From Campylobacter concisus (lineage in GTDB: Bacteria > Campylobacterota > Campylobacteria > Campylobacterales > Campylobacteraceae): 64,000 nt of DNA. Both the position numbers and the translations under genes were made by a program. The notes beneath the pieces were generated by a model that made no database searches, was not told where the DNA came from, and saw only the letters and a program-made list of their open reading frames with translations. Location: NCBI GenBank assembly GCA_963549665.1, contig CAUUZE010000001.1, forward strand, positions 2,196 through 66,195, in the 5' to 3' direction. This document shows, in pieces, positions 59,143 through 64,000 of the stretch. The number at the start of each line of letters is the position of its first letter. The first letter of the stretch is position 1.

Positions 59143-61416
59143 TTATAGACCTCTTACGATCTTGACGGCTTCTACCATGTTTTTAAGGCTTGGCTCGACC
59201 TCTTCCCATTTTCTAGTTTTTAGGCCGCAGTCTGGATTGATCCAAAGTTGCTCTTTTGGCAAGACCTCAAGCAGAGCTTTGATCTGAGCGACGATCTCCT
59301 CGACACTTGGCACGCGTGGGCTGTGGATGTCGTAAACGCCAGGTCCGACCTCTTGTTTGTAGCCAACGGCTTTGAAAATTTTAAGTAGCTCGTTGCCACT
59401 TCTTGCCGTCTCGATACTGATAACATCAGCATCCATTGCCTCGATAGTCTTGATGATATCGTTAAATTCAGAGTAGCACATATGCGTGTGGATCTGAGTT
59501 TTTGCCTCAGCTGAGCTTACTGAAAGCTTAAAGCAATCAACCGCAAATTTCTCATAAGCTGGGATATTTTCAGCTCTTAGCGGATAGCCCTCTTTAAACG
59601 CTGCCTCATCGACTTGGATCACTCTGATGCCCGCATTTTGAAGGTCTGCGATCTCGTCATAGATACAAAGTGCGAGCTGTTTTGCTACCTCGCTTCTTGG
59701 AAGATCGTCACGCACAAAGCTCCAGTTTAGCATAGTCACAGGACCTGTTAGCATGCCCTTCATTACGTGTTTTGTGATACTTTGAGCGTATTTCATCCAC
59801 TTAACAGTCATCGGCTCTGGGCGGCTTACGTCACCAAAGAGGAGTGGTGGCTTGACGCAACGGCTGCCGTAGCTTTGTACCCAGCCATTTTGGCTAAATG
59901 CATATCCGCTGATCTGCTCGCCAAAGTACTCAACCATGTCGTTTCTCTCTGGCTCGCCGTGTACTAGCACATCTAGGCCGATATCTTCTTGGAATTTCAC
60001 GCAGTGATCGATATATTTTTTGATGCCTGCTTCATAAGCGGCCGCGTCGATCTCGCCTTTTTTGAAATTTTGGCGAAGTACGCGAAGATCAACCGTTTGA
60101 GGGAAGCTACCTATCGTTGTTGTTGGTAAGATGCCGTATTTTAGCGTTTCACGTTGAATTTTGATGCGGTCTTCAAATTTCTCATCACGTTCAAATTTGC
60201 TTAAATTTTTGATACGTTTTTGAACACTTTCAGAGTGGATGAGCTTTGAAGTAGCGCGAGTTTTAACTGCATTTTTATTCTCTTCGTAAATTTTTGTTTC
60301 GCTCTCATCAAGCTTCTCGCCATTTGCTAGTTTTGTGATGATCTTGATCTCATCAAGCTTCTCAACCGCAAAGCTTAGCCAGCTTTTGATCTCTGGGTTT
60401 AAATTCTCTTCATATTTTAGAGTGTATGGCACATGTAGAAGCGAGCATGAAGTGCCTATGTAAAAGTCTTTGCCGCCTATTTTTTCTGAAATTTCACGAA
60501 CAAGTTTTACCTTATCATCGATGTTGCTTTTCCAGATATTTCTGCCGTCGATCACGCCTGCAAATAGCGTCAAGTGGCTATTTTTGATAGTCTCAAGTGC
60601 TTCGAAATTTCTCTTGCCGTGGATGAAGTCAAGTGCGATGCCGTAAATTTTAGTTTTAGCCACTTCGCTAACTGCCTTGATCGCATGCTCAAAATATGTC
60701 GCAAACACGATCTTGATGTTGCTAGCAACGCCTGTTAGCTCGTTATAAACCTTTGTGATAAGTGGTAAGAGTAGCTCTTCGTTTTTGTCAGTTACGAAGA
60801 TCGGCTCGTCAAACTGCACTAAAATTTCATCATCAAGCTTAGAAATTTGCTCAAGTAGCTTTTTGTATTCGCCTACAAGTGCGTTAAGGTGCTTAAATGG
60901 GCAGCTGCCGTCAGTCGTCTTTGAAAGAGCCAAGAACGTGATAGGGCCGATCAAATTTACCTTGCCTTTTACGCCGTTAGCCTTCGCCTCTTTGTATTCA
61001 TTTAAAATTTTATCCGCTTTTAGGCTAAATTTACTCTCGTTGCTAAGCTCTGGCACGATGTAGTGGTAGTTTGTGTTAAACCACTTTGTCATCTCCATCG
61101 CAACGCCACTTTTGTTGCCTCTTGAGCAAGCAAAATATTGCTCCAAGCCGCTTAAATTTGCAAATCTTGGAGGCGTAGCGCCAAAAGCGATGATGTTATC
61201 AAGCATTAGGTCGTAAAATGAAAAATCATTAACGCTAATAGCCGAAATGCCAGCATCTTGTTGATATTTCCAGTGTCTTTGGCGAAGCGTCTTTGCAGTC
61301 TCTTGCAAATTCTCTTCACTAAAGCCCTCTTTGCCAGCCCAAAAGCCCTCTAATGCGCGCTTTAACTCTCTTTTCTCTCCGATTCTTGGAAAACCTAAAA
61401 CATAACTTTTTATCAT
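59143..61416 (-). CDS. metE: Cobalamin-independent methionine synthase
   Basis: GFPRIG, KWFNTNYHY, HGEPERNDMV, HTHMCYS, NPDCGLKTR. Confidence 0.98.
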   Translation of the reverse strand: MIKSYVLGFPRIGEKRELKRALEGFWAGKEGFSEENLQETAKTLRQRHWKYQQDAGISAISVNDFSFYDLMLDNIIAFGATPPRFANLSGLEQYFACSRGNKSGVAMEMTKWFNTNYHYIVPELSNESKFSLKADKILNEYKEAKANGVKGKVNLIGPITFLALSKTTDGSCPFKHLNALVGEYKKLLEQISKLDDEILVQFDEPIFVTDKNEELLLPLITKVYNELTGVASNIKIVFATYFEHAIKAVSEVAKTKIYGIALDFIHGKRNFEALETIKNSHLTLFAGVIDGRNIWKSNIDDKVKLVREISEKIGGKDFYIGTSCSLLHVPYTLKYEENLNPEIKSWLSFAVEKLDEIKIITKLANGEKLDESETKIYEENKNAVKTRATSKLIHSESVQKRIKNLSKFERDEKFEDRIKIQRETLKYGILPTTTIGSFPQTVDLRVLRQNFKKGEIDAAAYEAGIKKYIDHCVKFQEDIGLDVLVHGEPERNDMVEYFGEQISGYAFSQNGWVQSYGSRCVKPPLLFGDVSRPEPMTVKWMKYAQSITKHVMKGMLTGPVTMLNWSFVRDDLPRSEVAKQLALCIYDEIADLQNAGIRVIQVDEAAFKEGYPLRAENIPAYEKFAVDCFKLSVSSAEAKTQIHTHMCYSEFNDIIKTIEAMDADVISIETARSGNELLKIFKAVGYKQEVGPGVYDIHSPRVPSVEEIVAQIKALLEVLPKEQLWINPDCGLKTRKWEEVEPSLKNMVEAVKIVRGL

Positions 61417-61452
61417 TTTTATCCTTTATAAATTTCTATTTTTTAAATTAAA

Positions 61453-61861
61453 TCTGTGCTCTGCACAGCAACCTTGAATATTTTTATGCAGGTATATCCC
61501 TGCGCCCCAAACCCCCAGCACGTTCAATGTTGTTGCGCTGCGCACAAGTCTGGGTCACCCCAAACATGGTGGATGACACCCGCTTCTTCTTAAACTAAAG
61601 TAAAATTTATAAAAAACCCTACTAAAAAGGTCCTTGCCAAATTTCAGGCACTGCTTAGCTTTGCTATTAAAAATGCAGTTACAATGCAGCGGACCTGCTA
61701 GCAAAAATGGATTTATATCAATGTGAAAAAATGTAAAATTATTTAAAAATTTGCGTGTTTTTTGAAAATCGCTGATATGTTTTTTGCCGAGATTAACGAG
61801 CTTTATGCATGGGACAAGGCATCAGCGTTTTTCCTTTGTAGTGAATTTTTGCCGCATTATA
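61453..61861 (-). promoter_or_regulatory. Long structured 5' leader of metE
   Basis: TATAAT at 61856-61861, uORF, several GC-rich hairpins. Confidence 0.6.
61793..61822 (-). CDS. Putative leader peptide MPCPMHKAR
   Basis: AAAGGA RBS; 2 Met and 1 Cys in first five codons; upstream of metE. Confidence 0.6.
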   Translation of the reverse strand: MPCPMHKAR

Positions 61862-61889
61862 AACGCTCTTTGCCAAATTTTTGTTTAAA

Positions 61890-61918
61890 TTTGGGCGCTA
61901 CTAAATTTCACGCCCAAA
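61890..61918 (-). terminator. Hairpin after dipeptidase
   Basis: TTTGGGCG...CGCCCAAA. Confidence 0.5.
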
Positions 61919-61922
61919 ACTT

Positions 61923-63419
61923 TTAGTCTTTTTTGCCTTTGTTTAGGGATTTTAGCTTAGCGTCCATGTCGGCTGTAAGCATAGTAAAGACCTTGTTTGT
62001 AAGCTCCATTGTGAGATCTTTAGCTTCTTGCATAGTCTTTTTACTAAATTCATTTAAGAGTTTGTCCGCTTTTTTCTTATCTTTTTTATAAAGCTTTACG
62101 TACTCATCTTCAAATTTAGCCTGTTTTACCGCCAACTCTTTTTCAAATTTAGCGTAGGCCTCTTTTACCACTGGCGAATACTTCTCATAGTCAGTCATTA
62201 CAAGGGTTTGAAGCTTTCTATAAACCCAGTATATCGAAGTATCATCAGCGTCGTATGAGCCGTCTGAGTAGCCTTTTATAAAGCCATCAAGCCCCTCGTA
62301 ATACGGCAAATAAACGCTAAGATCAGCCATGCCAAGAGCGACGTAGGTCACGCGGCCGATCTCTTTTGGTAGCCACGGGCGCACCTGCATGACGTGAGAC
62401 TCGTATGTTCTAAAGACGCTTATAGCGCGGTAGATGTTTTTCTTGTCTTCATCTTTGCTAGCGTAGTTGTCAAACGCAGTGCCGTCGTAGTGAGCTCTCA
62501 TTGCAGCTTTTAGATCTTCAACACTTAGTTTTTTCTCTGGTTTTAAAAATACTGGGAATTTCTGACCATCGGCGAAGTCTTGTTTTAGACTTGGATTAAA
62601 CATGCTTTGAACCCAGCAAACACGTGGGTAGTTGTAAGTCACATCTCTCTCATCGTCCCTTGTATAGGCCTTTGTGAAGTTAAATTCGCCGTCTTTTGCA
62701 GGGTCATAAGTCTTGTTATCGATCGCAAATTTGATCACATCTTTTGCGCCCATGAAATTTGGATCATTTTCTTTGTAAGCGTGAAGTCTGCCTTGGTTTG
62801 CAGTGACGAAGTATTCATCTTGTGGGATCTTTGAAGCGATCCATTTATGACCTGTGCCTGTTTCAAAGTACCAAAGCTCGTTTGCATCGATAAATACCAC
62901 GCCAAAGCCCTCTCCAGCGCCTTTTGTCTCAACTATCTCGCCAAGAAGCTTAACGCCCTCTTTTGCACTTTTGATGCGCGGCAAAAGCACGTCTGGGATG
63001 TCATCTTCTGTGATGCCACTCTCTTCGTTGTATGGATCAACTTTTAAAAGCTCATCTTTTGCGTAGATGGTCTCAGTGCCACTAAGTCCTACGCCAGCCT
63101 CGTTGTAACCGACTGCACCGTGAAGTTTTGTGTGTGAGTTTGCGATGGTTGTATATCTCATGCCATCTTTTGGGAGCGGATAAGTAAAGTCATTTGCGCC
63201 ATCATGTGCCTTTGAGCTGTGCATGCCAGTTTGGTTTTTCGTAGCTGGATGTATCAAAAAAACTTGTGCCTTTATAGCCTTGCTATCAGCGCTTCTAGCT
63301 ACTAGCATAGAGCCGTCGTTTGAGGCTTTATCTCCTACTAAAATGGTAGTGCATGCCAAGCTACTTGTGCCTAAAATCGCACTCATAGCGACGATTGATG
63401 CGAGAATTTTCCCTTTCAT
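61923..63419 (-). CDS. Exported C69-family dipeptidase
   Basis: Signal peptide followed by catalytic N-terminal Cys (ACTTILVG), GYNEAGV. Confidence 0.92.
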   Translation of the reverse strand: MKGKILASIVAMSAILGTSSLACTTILVGDKASNDGSMLVARSADSKAIKAQVFLIHPATKNQTGMHSSKAHDGANDFTYPLPKDGMRYTTIANSHTKLHGAVGYNEAGVGLSGTETIYAKDELLKVDPYNEESGITEDDIPDVLLPRIKSAKEGVKLLGEIVETKGAGEGFGVVFIDANELWYFETGTGHKWIASKIPQDEYFVTANQGRLHAYKENDPNFMGAKDVIKFAIDNKTYDPAKDGEFNFTKAYTRDDERDVTYNYPRVCWVQSMFNPSLKQDFADGQKFPVFLKPEKKLSVEDLKAAMRAHYDGTAFDNYASKDEDKKNIYRAISVFRTYESHVMQVRPWLPKEIGRVTYVALGMADLSVYLPYYEGLDGFIKGYSDGSYDADDTSIYWVYRKLQTLVMTDYEKYSPVVKEAYAKFEKELAVKQAKFEDEYVKLYKKDKKKADKLLNEFSKKTMQEAKDLTMELTNKVFTMLTADMDAKLKSLNKGKKD

Positions 63420-63620
63420 TTTTACTCCTTTAGTAAAATAAATTTCTTATATGTAATTATATGCCAAATTTAATAATTTAGTTCTAAATTTTAAAATTCT
63501 TTTAAGTTTAATGTAAATTTATTGCAAATTTTGTCTAAGTGAAATTTAAATTTTCTAAAGGTATTTTCGCTATAATCCAAATCTTACGCACTTGCGTATA
63601 AAATTTCAAAAAGGATTAGC

Positions 63621-63812
63621 ATGCCAAAGATGAAAACCGTTCGCGGTGCTGCTAAGCGCTTTAAAGTAGGTAAAAATAAGATAAAAAGAGGCTCTGCTTT
63701 TAGAAGCCACATCTTAACAAAAAAACCTACTAAGCGTATGAGAGACCTTCGTGGCCCACACTACGTGGACAGCACAAATGTCCCAGCCGTTCGCAAAATG
63801 CTCGGCGTATAA
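63621..63812 (+). CDS. rpmI: 50S ribosomal protein L35
   Basis: MPKMKT..GAAKRFK. Confidence 0.97.
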   Translation: MPKMKTVRGAAKRFKVGKNKIKRGSAFRSHILTKKPTKRMRDLRGPHYVDSTNVPAVRKMLGV

Positions 63813-63912
63813 AGCAGCGTAGATTTAAGTTTTTGACAAAAAAGTCATTCAAACTCCCCCAAATTTAGGGGCAAGACTCACTTCGTGAGCGCCAATTTGT
63901 AAAAGGATAAAT

Positions 63913-64000
63913 ATGGCAAGAGTAAAAACAGGCGTAGTTAGAAGAAGACGCCATAAGAAAGTTTTAAAGCTAGCACGTGGCTTTTTCAGTGCTAGACATA
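63913..64000 (+). CDS. rplT: 50S ribosomal protein L20, 5' part
   Basis: [24 protein letters not shown]. Confidence 0.96.
   Translation, partial: MARVKTGVVRRRRHKKVLKLARGFFSARH

Noticed and set aside
61453..61705. Canonical SAM-I, SAM-II or cobalamin riboswitch before metE
   Set aside because: Conserved cores not recognisable by eye on the sense strand; kept only as an unknown structured leader

Overview
AT-rich Campylobacter chromosome segment, most like C. concisus (inferred from gene content and motif style). Positions 1-~29,010 are the right-hand part of a transposable Mu-like prophage resembling the C. jejuni CJIE1/CMLP1 family. It carries P2-like contractile tail and baseplate genes, a lysis cassette, capsid and protease, a divergent portal-terminase pair, an accessory early region with Gam and GemA, MuB, MuA, a Ner/Cro-like gene and an S24 repressor. 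The other prophage end lies outside the window. Host DNA follows: infC-thrS, ybaK-like, ung, rarA, an Ala/Gly symporter, a short retention-module Ig protein, tRNA-Val(GAC), two tetraheme cytochromes and a frameshifted response regulator. Then come a ~16.6 kb Wzx/Wzy polysaccharide locus (manC, gmd, fcl, per, and a Kdn-like ulosonic acid module), metE-metF, a C69 dipeptidase and rpmI-rplT. Main unexplained structure: (1) three RBS-style ORFs nested in one alternate frame inside the MuA linker; (2) two covarying hairpin elements bracketing early accessory genes whose upstream ORFs both end in KGL-stop; (3) two promoter-bearing morons; (4) a MuF C-terminal extension with a small partner gene; (5) a Met/Cys leader peptide and a structured leader before metE; (6) a G9 tract in a glycan methyltransferase. 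All calls come from reading the sequence; no database search was run.
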